A DNA stretch of 63,862 bases, filler included, from Craspedostauros australis (taxonomy: Eukaryota): the NCBI GenBank assembly GCA_030167865.1. It is 12 parts of 12 records of this genome, joined end to end, with 100 filler letters (N's around TTAATTAATTAA, not from the genome) between each part and the next. Parts side by side here need not be neighbours in the genome. Positions count along the whole stretch, not along the records: positions 36,527 to 45,713 come from JALAGF010001881.1; positions 45,814 to 47,936 come from JALAGF010001883.1; positions 48,037 to 49,277 come from JALAGF010001884.1; positions 49,378 to 50,533 come from JALAGF010001885.1; positions 50,634 to 52,224 come from JALAGF010001886.1; positions 52,325 to 53,641 come from JALAGF010001887.1; positions 53,742 to 63,862 come from JALAGF010001888.1; 5 more parts are not named here. One strand, 5' to 3'. The notes below the pieces were generated by a model, which worked only from the letters and a program-made list of their open reading frames with translations, did no database searches and was not told where the DNA came from. Positions 44,813-56,243 of the stretch are shown in pieces. The translations under genes and the position numbers were made by a program. Each line of letters starts with the position of its first letter. The stretch's first letter is position 1.

Positions 44813-45713
44813 CTACTGACTCATGATCGAGTTGTTCTGCTTCTCGATTGCTGTTTGAAGATCCTCGATGGATACGGCCTTGGCGTTGTCGGATGTTGGC
44901 AGGCACAGCTGGTTGGTGTTAATCGCAAGCACGAGCTTCTCGAGCTGCTTTGAGAATGAGATCTTGCACGAGACACAACCATCGCCACCTTCGCATGTCT
45001 TCACCGTCGACATTGGCGATGGCACGGCCTCTGGTTCTTCTTTCTTCTCGTCCACCTTTTCAACGGTGACAGCACCGACCTTGGGTGTAGACGACGGTTC
45101 CACCTCGCACGGCTTTGGAACGATCTTGCCCTGCTGGATGAAGGTTCGAACGTCCAACGTGACGCGTCCATGATCGAGAGTCTTTGGCAAGCCCAAACGA
45201 AAGACGGATTCTTGACCGGGCGCTTCCGCCACGCTGACTTCCATGGTATGAAGTCCGCGTTGCAGAAGGTACTTATGGTCCATGTCGGCCAAGAGCTCGC
45301 TCCAAAGATAGATGGATAGTTCTTCGGTCGTGGCATGAACGATCGGCAACATGGCGCAATCGGCCTTGGGGAAGAGGAACTTGGCACCATCTTCGCACTC
45401 TAGCGAGACGGTGGCATGCCCGCCATCAACTCCTTCATCCACGTTGACTTTCATGACGTCAGAGTACATGGGGCAGAGAAAATTCTCGTTCAATCTCTTG
45501 CAGATGCGCTTGACGGATTGCTTGACATCGCCGAAATCGATCAAATATCCGTCATGGGAGATATTCCGTGCTCCCAGGAGTCGCACGGAGACGGCGTAGT
45601 TGTGACCGTGCAAGGCCTCGCGGAATCCCCTGAAGGCAACGAAGTGGGCAGCGTTGAACTTGAATGCCTGCTTGCAGACAAACACCTCGAAGTTGGTGGT
45701 AACTGATCCTGTG
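44813..45713 (-). CDS. PTPS: 6-pyruvoyl-tetrahydropterin synthase family, PTPS-III type (5' end lost in gap)
   Basis: FKFNAAHFVAFRGFREALHGHNY, GYLIDFGDVK, LPIVHATTEELS, VSVAEAPGQ. Confidence 0.88.
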
Positions 45714-45813
45714 NNNNNNNNNNNNNNNNNNNNNNNNNNNNNNNNNNNNNNNNNNNNTTAATTAATTAANNNNNNNNNNNNNNNNNNNNNNNNNNNNNNN
45801 NNNNNNNNNNNNN

Positions 45814-46155
45814 ACGTCATCATTTTCGTCCACGATGAGGACAAGTCAGCCAGGTATTTGTGTCGTAGAAGCTAGCTAAAAATATCTAAGCCTATGCAAC
45901 AACACGCTACACCGTGTGCTAATAAAGTAAGGTTGTCCGATAAAAAATCGGCAGGATCGTACGATTGTACCCTGAATGGGGTCTTGTGCCGACTTCCTTC
46001 GTGTTATTTTCCAAGCTTTTTTCTCGTGTTGTTTTCGCGTAGTGTTCAGTGTTCTCTAGATCAAGCACATACTCTAGAGGATGCTGCCATTTGCAGTGAT
46101 CATGAGGATGCCAGCTCTAGTTTGTTGGTACCATATTAGTAATAACACTACCACA
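45814..46155 (+). repeat. Dispersed repeat (possible LTR); first ~80 bp similar to 53549-53620
   Basis: catcattttcgtccacgatgaggacaag...gtatttgtgtcgtagaagctagctaaaaatatctaagccta versus catcattcttgtccacagtgaggacaag...gtattagtgttgtaagagctatctaaatatatctaacccta; both at contig ends. The right boundary (TACCACA) is a guess. Confidence 0.5.
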
Positions 46156-47476
46156 GCAGCATAGACGTCGTGTGTTGTTTAGCTAGCCAGTGTCTTCATG
46201 TCTACTCGACTACGTGCATTTCTTCGTGTATCGATAGGACCTGCGGTCCTTTCCGTGCCTACTTCACATTGAGCAGTTCCTCTCCAGGCATCTTCACATG
46301 GAATCATTGTCTAATTCATTCATTGTGAGGTGAGATGTGCATCTTGGTTTGTGTTTGCATCTATTTTGCGTCCTCTTCCGTTGGGTCCAACCTCATTGCA
46401 TGATCCAATCGAATCAAGATCGCCATCCGTGTGCTTATCTGTCAAGCAAAGATTGCTTGCTACATTGAGAAACATGAATGTGTTAGTACTATCATGAATA
46501 AGAAGATGTACATATATGATAGCAGGACAGCAATCGGATTCACCCAGATTCTGGCCGCACGCATGACCGCCGCGAATGCAGTTGCTTTCCCACACATTTG
46601 TTTCTGCCAACCAAAGGGATCTCACTTGACAACAGTACAGGTACATACTGGCAAACCCCATCTGCTTCTATTGTGTGTATGCCTTATTAGCACAACGCTG
46701 TATTCACCTGATTCGTTTTCTGATTAGTCTGTCCTGGTATGTGCTGAAACGATGCTTTACTCCGACACATGATTTTCGGCATAAGAGGGACACACTAGGG
46801 AGAACATCAGAGATTCGGTCTGGCCATCGCCTGGCAAACATGTGATGCCCAATTCGACCTGATATACTTCCCAACTAAACCTGAGATGACAACACACTCG
46901 ATGACCTCAAGCATCATCAATGGAATGTGGAATCGACAGAGCCATGGAACGGTGATGAGTGACGTCGACACAGAAGACATCATCGCCACATCATGGGTCA
47001 TCTCCACATCAGAACAAGATCGGATTCGAGGTGCAATGACTGAGAGCTGACCTTGAAGACAACAACATGAGATACAACTCGATGAAGATAACATAAGAAT
47101 CAGAAGTCACTCAACCCAAACAGTGTCTTCACTTTCCAGCTTGTTACCCTCGTCCTGAAAGACTTGATCTCTCTTGAAGGACTCGTGTGATTTTGCTGTG
47201 TACGATAACGAGATAACATGCCTCATGTGGTCTTAGAATTGAACTCCGCACAGGAAGACCATCCATGCCTTCGTTGGTGCAAAATCTTGCGTGAGATTCT
47301 GTTTTGCGGCGGGGATGCACCAAGTGTTGGAAGCCCAAACCTGGTATGCACAAGCTTGAGGACAATTGACAGAGCATTACACTTTATTTGAAGCAATGTG
47401 GAATGCAAGAGAGCCTTGTACTTGCATGAAAACCAAGATTGTTGATGATCAATGTGCGGAGGCGAATTGTCGTGCA

Positions 47477-47936
47477 TGTTGACAAGTTCCGCTCACGGTA
47501 ACCTACGATCGAGGAAGATGGTATTGGTTGATAGTCGTCTGTTTGCTATTTCATTACGTTGGCACTCCGATACTCTCGGTGTCCGTTCGTTCTCTTGCCC
47601 GATGCTCTNNGCGCTTCAATCTGTTTCGTAGATTCAGTCTCCGACTATGAGTCGGTACGCGAGATCCTCTCTCGCTCCTCTCTGTATTCTCTCTCTCTCT
47701 CAACATCGTGCGCTCATGCTGCACGACACTCCGTGTTTGATGCGTGCTCCGCATTCAACACTCCGTTCATTCAGTACTGGTTTCTACTCCATGAGTACTT
47801 ACCATTTGAAGTTCACCTTCAGCACCCATGATGCTGATCCCCTTCGGTCATCGTATCTTTGCCTCCTGCTCTGACTTGGAGACAGCTGTCGACGTGGTGA
47901 CATGATGACATCCTGTCGACGTCAGTAGGCGTCCTT
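47477..47936 (-). mobile_element. LTR of a second family (ends ...gagcggaacttgtCAACA), at least 284 bp
   Basis: Diverged inverted homolog of 49378-49680 with (GA)n tract; canonical CAACA end. Confidence 0.75.
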
Positions 47937-48036
47937 NNNNNNNNNNNNNNNNNNNNNNNNNNNNNNNNNNNNNNNNNNNNTTAATTAATTAANNNNNNNN
48001 NNNNNNNNNNNNNNNNNNNNNNNNNNNNNNNNNNNN

Positions 48037-49277
48037 GCCTTCTTCCTTTCGACCTCGTTCGTTGAAGTCTGCGAGCTCGCGCAGAGCTCTGGGAATACTC
48101 TTCCCTGCAGTTGACTTGGGGTTGGCTTCTCCCTTCCTGCCTCGTGCTTCGTGACGTCGGATCCTCTCCTTTCTAGCTATGTCACGCTTGTTTGGTTTGC
48201 TTGGTGGAGATCTGGATAGACTGTCATGTGTAGACCTCGCTGGTGTATTCCGAGGGGTAACATCTGTCTCGTCATCGGCTTCGTCGCCGGAGGGTAGGAT
48301 TTCGTCATCCTCATGATTGGATTCGCTCCGATCTTCCTCGTCATTCTGGATTAGTTGAGTCACTGCTCCGTCATCCCCATTATCCTCATCATCGCTGTCT
48401 GATAGAATGTAGTACCTGTTACTGTCAGCGAAAGATACTCTCTTCGCTTCCGATGTTTGACGCGTTGCCGTCCTTGACGTTGCTCCCTTCCGTCCGATGG
48501 TTGTGAAGCCGTCTGCGTCCGTTGTTCCTGTTTCGTTGGATATGTTCGGTGCTGGTGCCCAGCCACGGAACTGTCCGTATGATTGGTTGAGCCACTTGAT
48601 GTCNCGTGAACAGATGAGTGACTTNGTCGATGGTCTGTACATGTTGTAGACTCCTGATGCGTGTTGGTGTGCATATCCGATGAACACCATCTCTTCTCCT
48701 CTGTTCTTGAGTTTGGCGGTGATCCCGTCGTAGGTAGTCTTCACGACACCTACTTCTCCAAACGTGCGGAGTGCATCCGCATATGGTGGATCGTTGCCAA
48801 AGAATTGTCGATGTGGTGACTCCTTCTGGTTCTTTGCTACGGTGATGTTGGCGATGGCGGTGGCAGTGCTGGCAGCTGCTGCCCACAGGCCATGCCTATA
48901 CTCTTCGTCAAGTTGTGCTCCGTTGAGCATGGAGCGGATCTTGGTGTAGAGGTACGCGAACTTGTGTTCCACTCTTCCGTTCTGTTGCGGCGTGTTTGAT
49001 GCCGTGTATTCGAATTTCACGTTGAGTCCTGCATCGATGAGAGTATCCTGCGTGAACTTGTTCTCTCCGCTGTTGTCACCTCGGAAGATGATCTGTTGGT
49101 CACCAGTCTGTGACTTGATCGTTTGAACGAATCGTTTGATGTACCCTGGTTGATCACTCTTGTTCTTGAGAAAGAAACTCCAGCAGTGATCCGTAATAGA
49201 GCCCAAATGTAATGGCTGTTGTCTTGTTGGCTGTTCTTTAGCTGTAGGCAGAGGCTTGACTGGCAAGCGATCCGGAC
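48037..49277 (-). mobile_element. Copia integrase core and linker fragment (different family from the intact element)
   Basis: DHCWSFFLK.KSD, RGDNSGEN, EYTASNTPQQNGRVE, LWAAAASTAT, RTFGEVGVV, KLKNRG..MVFIGY; both ends at gaps. Confidence 0.88.
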
Positions 49278-49377
49278 NNNNNNNNNNNNNNNNNNNNNNN
49301 NNNNNNNNNNNNNNNNNNNNNTTAATTAATTAANNNNNNNNNNNNNNNNNNNNNNNNNNNNNNNNNNNNNNNNNNNN

Positions 49378-49680
49378 ATGAACGGAGTGTCGAATACGGA
49401 GTACGTATTGAACACGGAGTATCGTGCGCGACGAGCACACGATGTTGAGAGAGAGAGAGAGAGAGAGAGAATATAAATAGCAGCAAGAGAGCATCTCACA
49501 TACCGACTCATAGTTGGAGACTGAATCTACAAAACAGGCAAACGTGCCAAGAGCATCGGGCAAGAGAACGGAGACACCCAGAGGATTGGAGTCTCAACGT
49601 AATGAAATAGCAAACGAAACGACTATCAACCAACACCGTCTTCCACGATCGTAGGCTTCCGTGAGCGGAACTTGCCCACA
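49378..49680 (+). mobile_element. LTR (second family) with (GA)n tract and TATA-like ATATAAATAG at 49471
   Basis: Homologous to 47477-47770 (rc); ends cttgccCACA directly against RT coding sequence. Confidence 0.75.
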
Positions 49681-50533
49681 GTCATCACTGATCACACATT
49701 CACCGCCACTCCTGACGCTACGGATTTCCGCATATTCGTGGCCATATCGGCATTGGAGAACAAGAAGATATCTGGTGCTGACATGTCCAACGCATTCGTG
49801 GAAGCCCCGTGTGGTGAGCAGAAATGCTTCATGCACGTGGATATTCCGTTTGCCAACTGGTGGAAGTCCAAAGGCAGACCGGCAATCCCAAAAGGACACA
49901 TCATTCCCATATGAAAAAATCTTCAAGGGCATCCTGAGGCCCTGCGGCAGTGGGCGCGACACATCGATGCTCAGCTTCAATGCATGGGGTTTTGGCCTAT
50001 CACCCATGCACCTTGCCTCTACCAAGCCAGGTATGACGGCCAGGATGTTCTCTTCCTGCGACAGGTGGACGACTTCGTCATCGCGTGCGCCAGCGCCAAC
50101 ACGTTTGGAAAAATCTGCGACGAGCTCGACGCATTCCTTTTTGTTCCCATGAAGCGCTTTGGGCTGCTTCAACATTTCAATGGGGCCGACATTGTTCAAA
50201 CGTCCACTCACATCACCATGCACAATGCCACATACTTGGCCAAGGTATTTCGACGCCATAACTGGGATGACATGCACACCACTGAACTTCCCATGGCGGC
50301 CAGCAACGCTCACGTGCGAGCCCTGGATGACGCGGAGGCACTTGATTCTGACGTACTACGAAAGATTCAAGCCAAATTCGGGTCGTATCGGCAGGCTATT
50401 GGTGAGCTTATCTGGCCCATGGTGACCTGTCGGCCTGACATTGCTTTTCCTGTGGTCAAGCTCTCACAGTTCTCAGCGAGACCTGCTGCACTGCACTTCA
50501 CAACGGTCAAACGAATTTTTCGATACCTTCATG
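49681..50533 (+). pseudogene. Decayed copia reverse transcriptase fragment
   Basis: DHTF..., GADMSNAFVEAP, PI*KNLQGHPE (in-frame TGA 49912-49914), HAPCLY, FLRQVDDF, YRQAIGELIWPMVTCRPDI. Confidence 0.88.
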
Positions 50534-50633
50534 NNNNNNNNNNNNNNNNNNNNNNNNNNNNNNNNNNNNNNNNNNNNTTAATTAATTAANNNNNNNNNNN
50601 NNNNNNNNNNNNNNNNNNNNNNNNNNNNNNNNN

Positions 50634-52224
50634 TCTGGCCATGGAGAAGTGGGTTAGCGCCTTGTCGTCCGGTGATCTGGCTCTCTCTAGCACCTCTTCA
50701 CAGAGCTTGTAGCCGACTTCGTAGTTGCCGATCGACAACTCGACGTCGGCGCGTGCCCGATAGACCCGCAGGCAGATGTGGTAGTGCTCATCACTATCCC
50801 AGATCGACGAGCTGGCAGCGACTTGGGTTCTGGTAGACCCTTTGGTCTTGGGGGAGGTGTTGGGAGATGAGCCAGTTCTCACTCGCTGCAGCGCTTCATG
50901 CGCCTTTCGCAAGTACCCGGCGGCTGCTTCGAGCGCTGCCATCTCTGTGGCCTTCTCGCCAACCTCCAGATTCATGATGACGGAGAACATATGGTCCTTG
51001 GTCTGTACGGTGTTCAAGTGGTCCACAGCCACGAACAACAGCCCGTCATCTACTTCTGACGTAGTAAAGGTCGAAGTGAATGTTTCGGTTGACGTTACTG
51101 AGTCTGTGGACTGGGAGGGCATTGCGACCTTGCCTTGTGGGTGATTTTTGCGTTGCTTTTTGGGCTCGTGGTCAGTCCCATGATTCACATCGTTGCCATG
51201 CTCTTCTTCCTCGTCCTCTTGAAGGCGAGCCTGCATGCGTCGGTACATCTGCAGCAAGCAGTGACCGATCCGCACGCGCAGCTTGTCGCGAGCCTCACCG
51301 GCTGGGATCATGCCTTGTGCGGCCTGCTGGATGCGATCGTGCGCGAAGTAGTATTTGGTACCACCGATGGGGTTTGAGATGAGACGCTCCAGAACCGCAT
51401 GGTCCAGCATACTGGAGAGTTCTTGCTTGGAGGAGATGCGGGCCATGGAATCGATCTCTCCATCCACGTGCTTGCGCTCGCTTTCGAGCACCCGATGCAG
51501 CACCGAGATGTCGAACATCGATCGGATGTATGCCGCAACGGATAACACCTGCTGCAGCTGCATGGGAAGGTCTCGAAGCTTGGATTCGATGATGCCGATG
51601 ATGTTATTGCTGATGGGTAGTTGGGCGCTACCGGCGTTGCTATTATCGTCGTCCTCTGGGTTGGAAAGGCTCCACTCCCATTGCTGGGAAATGGAGTTGA
51701 AGGCGAGAATGTCCTTTCTCTCCAGCTCTTCGAGAGCTTGCAGGGTGAAGAAGACGTTTCCATCTGTCTTGGCGTGGAGCTTCTCGGATAGATCTTCGAT
51801 GTCGTTGCAGTCCAGCATGCTTGAGAGCCATGCGGTCATGTCATCCAGCGCGAGGTTGGTGATCGTGATCTGCTGGAGGGTTCGCGGAGGGCGGCGCTTC
51901 CTGGCTTGGGACATTGATGTGGTGGAAGTCACAACGGATGCATCATCGGGACCACCTGCTTTGTGGGTGCCGTCTTCACCCTCCTCTGACGACAACGGCG
52001 TGACGAGGCACCGCGCCAGCGGGTGGTCTGGAGTGAGATCCAGTGGTTCATCTGTATGCGGGTTGGTGTCCTGACGAATGGCACCAAGCAGAAGGAAGTT
52101 TTGCAACCCGAAATCAGCTACCAACCGGGCAATCAGGCTAAGGCCCACCTCGGCAGACCACTGCAGATCGTCGAGGAACATGTAGATGGGTCGTTCCTTC
52201 GTCGAGACTGCCTTAATGAACTGT
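50634..52224 (-). CDS. Internal fragment of a STAND-type AAA ATPase + helical-repeat protein (intact paralog of 40268-44036)
   Basis: PIYMFLDDLQWS, KTDGNVFF, QQWEW, LQQVLSVAAYI, YYFAHDRIQQAA, LFVAVDHLN; open frame from gap to gap. Confidence 0.85.
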
Positions 52225-52445
52225 NNNNNNNNNNNNNNNNNNNNNNNNNNNNNNNNNNNNNNNNNNNNTTAATTAATTAANNNNNNNNNNNNNNNNNNNN
52301 NNNNNNNNNNNNNNNNNNNNNNNNATCAAGTTCATCCTATTATGTTGTGGAGAGTATAGAATATGTTTATACCATAGGATGAGTCACTGTGCTCCATTGT
52401 ATTATATTGTGCTGTGGAGTATTCGCAAGTGTTGCTGTTGCCATG

Positions 52446-53480
52446 AATAATAATAACTCAAGGATTACATTAGAAATGTGCCATAAGGCTTTACCCTCGC
52501 CGCCGAAAGCCCCGTAGGGCCGTGCTTTGAGCGAGCTGGCATGTGTCGTCTGCTATGAAAGCCCCAACCAAGCCGCCAACGCCCGCCTCTCGGCATGCAT
52601 CGACCGCGATCGTCGCCGCGCTCTCACCGCCGTGTGAACGGCGATCATAGAGTTCACCCACTGTTGCATTTGAACCTCGGTGCTGTGTTCGATATGTCAG
52701 CCCTCCCGGAACAAACGCATCTCCGCTTCGGTCATATCCTGACTCGCACCCTGGATCATTCGGCGGACCTTGCGTCGCAGGTCCTGGACCGAGGGGCGCA
52801 TCTCTTTGTCATGCACTTTGGCATTCGCGCCAGCCATACCTCCCAAGGGATTCTCCAAATCCATCGTGCGATCTCTCGGGCCCAAGCATTGGCATCTGGG
52901 TAATGACACTCATGCGTCATCATCCAGTGGGCCTGATGGAGAGCCCAGTCCTTGTGGATAAACCCCATTGTGAGGGGGTACCACCCGATGTTGCTTTGCA
53001 CATCGTTGGATCGTGCATTCCTTCTCCATCTCACAAGACCGACCCGCATGCGCTGAACCAGCCTTGGGACGGTCCCGATCTGAACCATGCGATCGATTAG
53101 GCCAGAAGTGGCCCCATCCCATGCTTCCTGATGCTCTGGGCAACGGAGAACGTGTTGAGTGGTCTCGTTGCTGGCACAGAACTTGCATTTCGGCGACTGC
53201 AGCTGGCCTGTCTGATGAAGTTTGTGGTTGACGCCCACAAAGCCCGAGGCCCACTTGGAGATGAAACGCGTGGACCCACGGTTCATCTTGGATTGTCGCG
53301 CCATCTTGTATGTACGCCAGTCGATCTGGCGAAGCTGCTGCTGCTGTTGCCGTGAATGTAGACGTGAATGTGTAGGGATGCCAAAAACAACCCTGTGCTA
53401 CTTGACACAACACGTACAAGGGAGGAAACGCACAACAGAGCCCAATCGTCCACAACATGAGGAATCAACACGACACTGAA
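52446..53480 (-). mobile_element. Degenerate 3' end of a non-LTR retrotransposon (Ambal-like LINE) with (TTA)n tail
   Basis: QIDWRTY, CKFC..NETTQHVLRC zinc knuckle, QSNIGWYPLTMGFIHKDW, WLAR/NAKVH (frameshift ~52828), in-frame TGA at 52697, ends ..LAAWLGLS* (52553); GC-rich 3' UTR then gagTTATTATTATT. Confidence 0.8.
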
Positions 53481-53482
53481 GC

Positions 53483-53641
53483 TGTCACAACATCGCTACC
53501 CACTCTGTTGGATACCATCGCAGTCTGATATCGACCAACATTGATGACATCATTCTTGTCCACAGTGAGGACAAGCCATGTATTAGTGTTGTAAGAGCTA
53601 TCTAAATATATCTAACCCTACTGGACAACATTGACAGGATT
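53483..53641 (+). repeat. Repeat starting TGTCAC (possible LTR start), same family as 45814 onward
   Basis: Shared ~75-bp similarity; abuts the truncated LINE; contig ends inside it. Confidence 0.5.
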
Positions 53642-53741
53642 NNNNNNNNNNNNNNNNNNNNNNNNNNNNNNNNNNNNNNNNNNNNTTAATTAATTAANNN
53701 NNNNNNNNNNNNNNNNNNNNNNNNNNNNNNNNNNNNNNNNN

Positions 53742-54117
53742 GCTGCGTCGCGAACGAGTTGGGGCCCTCCTCCCAGACGAAGCCGTCGTCCGTCACGTGC
53801 GATTTGACGTTGCCGCCCAAGTAGTCGCGCGCCTCGGCCAGGAAGATGGATCTGCCGTCGCGATTCAGGTTGTAAGCCAACGTGCAGCCCGAGATGCCGC
53901 CGCCCAGCACCAGGCAGTCCAGGACGCCGTCGTCATTGTCATTGTCATCCTTCTTGGAGGCCTTCAGGGGCTGTGCTCTGTGCTTGCTGCTGCAATGACT
54001 GTTGCTGTTGGCAATGTTGCCACCAATCAGGCGAGAAGGCGTGAATGCCTCTGCGGTTGGCAGCAACAGCAACGTGGATGCCGAGGCCACTGCGATGGCT
54101 GAGACGCTGAACTTCAT
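53742..54117 (-). CDS. PPOX: Protoporphyrinogen IX oxidase, plastid-targeted, N-terminal fragment
   Basis: Signal peptide with AEA-FTP cleavage motif; DCLVLGGGISG (FAD binding), EARDYLGGNV, DGFVWEEGPNSF. Confidence 0.9.
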
Positions 54118-56243
54118 CTTGATTGATGCTGATTGATGTGTTGCTGGCGGATGGATTGTTGATGTCGATGGATTGATCTCTTCTGCCTTTGTTGCAAATG
54201 CTGATGCCAGCTGCCGATCCTTTGGAGATGCAGATGGCTTTCCTCCTTCCGATTGCTTTCTTGCAATTGTTTTCTTGCGATGGGGCTCGTCACATCAATC
54301 GGCCACACATCAGTTCAACTTGAGCCTCTTGGCCTCTCTTGGACGGTGAGGATACCCTCAACTCCACACGATTCCACGACTTTGTCTCTTCGTTGTTCTC
54401 AGATGGAGATTGTTCTTTCTTCTTCGGCTCCTGCCTGACGTTGTGTGTGGATAGTATTCAACATTCACCCATTCTTACAGACAAACGAACACAGTTCGCG
54501 ATACGTGTTCATGACGTCACTTCCCTTATCACCACATGTGACGCGTTCTTTTTACTTAACGGCACCTTCTGCTTGTTTCGAAATTGTCTTTGAATCTTCA
54601 ATCTTCGATTGGATCGAGTTGCGCGGGAGTTCGTGCCGTTGTGTTGAATGCTGTCCTGGTTGGACAAGGTGCGCGAGAGCAGTCTGTTGCTGTTTGTCTT
54701 GTTTGCTGCGCGATGGGCATTGGTCGGCTCACCTTTTCAGCAAGCAACTTTTGGTCCTTCGACAAACTCTCATCACAACACCATTCCCAATCATAGAGAG
54801 AGAGCAGAGTGGAGAGGAGAGTGATAGCAATCAACAGACGAAGGCAACGGCAGAAGAGGACAGCAATGAAGGACGGTCGTCAACAGCTGCGTTGCGGTGG
54901 TCGCGATGTCAGCAAGATGACCATGATCGTCGTTCTCGTCTTGGCCGCCGTCATCATCCAAGCAAGGTAAGCAAGAATTTGGCGCACGTTGCGGTTCTGA
55001 ATGCATGCATGCATGTACTCGTGTTGTTTGCAATTGCCGATTGCGTTGCGTTGCAACAACGACAATGGCGGCGATCCGGCGCCACCGACATCGGCATCAC
55101 CATTGCAGTCTCCACACTGCCATCCACACCCTGCGATTGGAGCATGCCATCATCATCATCGCCATGGTCGAGAGAGCAGCAGAATGAGAACTCATCAACA
55201 GAACACACTCGAACCAACAGAACAATAGCTTGGATCACAGCTTGCAACACCAACGGCAACGTCACGAGGATCGGTTTTTGCGCCCTCTGCATGACCACAA
55301 CCAAACGACAGCAACAAACAGCGTGCATGACACCGATCGGATGATGAAATGAGCCCAACAAACAACGACTGCAACAACGACAGACGCAACGTCGCTGCAA
55401 CGTGTCTTTGGCGCGAATTCATCAAAGATCCGACAGATTGGAAATTCTGTTGTCTCTCCACGTGATCTTCTGCCACGTGATTGGTCAATTCCAGACACGA
55501 TCAGTCTGAGTCACAAGTCAAAACAACATTGAACCATCCCTCCAATCGTATCCCACCATGTGGTCGTTGCGTGACGCAAGGCAACAACGCCATCCTGGCT
55601 CTTTTTTGGCACAGGTCACGTCACTCGTGTTGCATCAAACGGATCGAGACGCAGCGCAACGGTAACAACGACAACAACCAAAGCGTCCATGGTCTTGAGG
55701 TTGGTTGAGGACCAGCAGCTTCATTCAACTCCGCTCTCCAAACTCTCCGATCACAAAGTGCAAACGAACGCTTGCGAGAAAGTAAGAGAGAAAGAGAGAC
55801 GTTGAAGGGAATATCAGCAACAGCAGTAGCAGCAACCGCAATCGCAATCGCAACGGTGAACACCAGCCCTTCCAACAAACAAACACGCACAAACGAGAAA
55901 GGCTTCCGACGCCGATCTGGCCGCACGATTACAATCAGCATCATCGTCACTTCCATTTTCCAGGACACGATTGCTTCGTGACGATCGGAGGAAGACTGTT
56001 GCATTGGCACATTTGCATCAGCGACGCTGTTGACAGCATTCCAATCGCTGTCGCCGTGAAGCGTGTTGGCACCAGCACAGCTCAAGTTCTACGACGGAAA
56101 GGCTTCCAACTTTAAATTGGCTTCGTCACATTCATCCATCTCCTCTCATTTCCTCACAAGCAGACCTCACATCCCACCAGCGAGGTTTCATCGATCACAG
56201 ACCAACGCAACGAAGCAACAGCCAGACAGACTAACACAGCAGA

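Noticed and set aside
32874..45713. Gene cluster linking effector, FAAL, Nudix, STAND ATPase and PTPS
   Set aside because: A linker separates the effector from the rest; the remaining genes share no evident pathway and one is a pseudogene.
46233..46250. gataggacctgc match to the MITE right end with a small palindrome
   Set aside because: Only 12 bp; could be chance and no further homology is visible.
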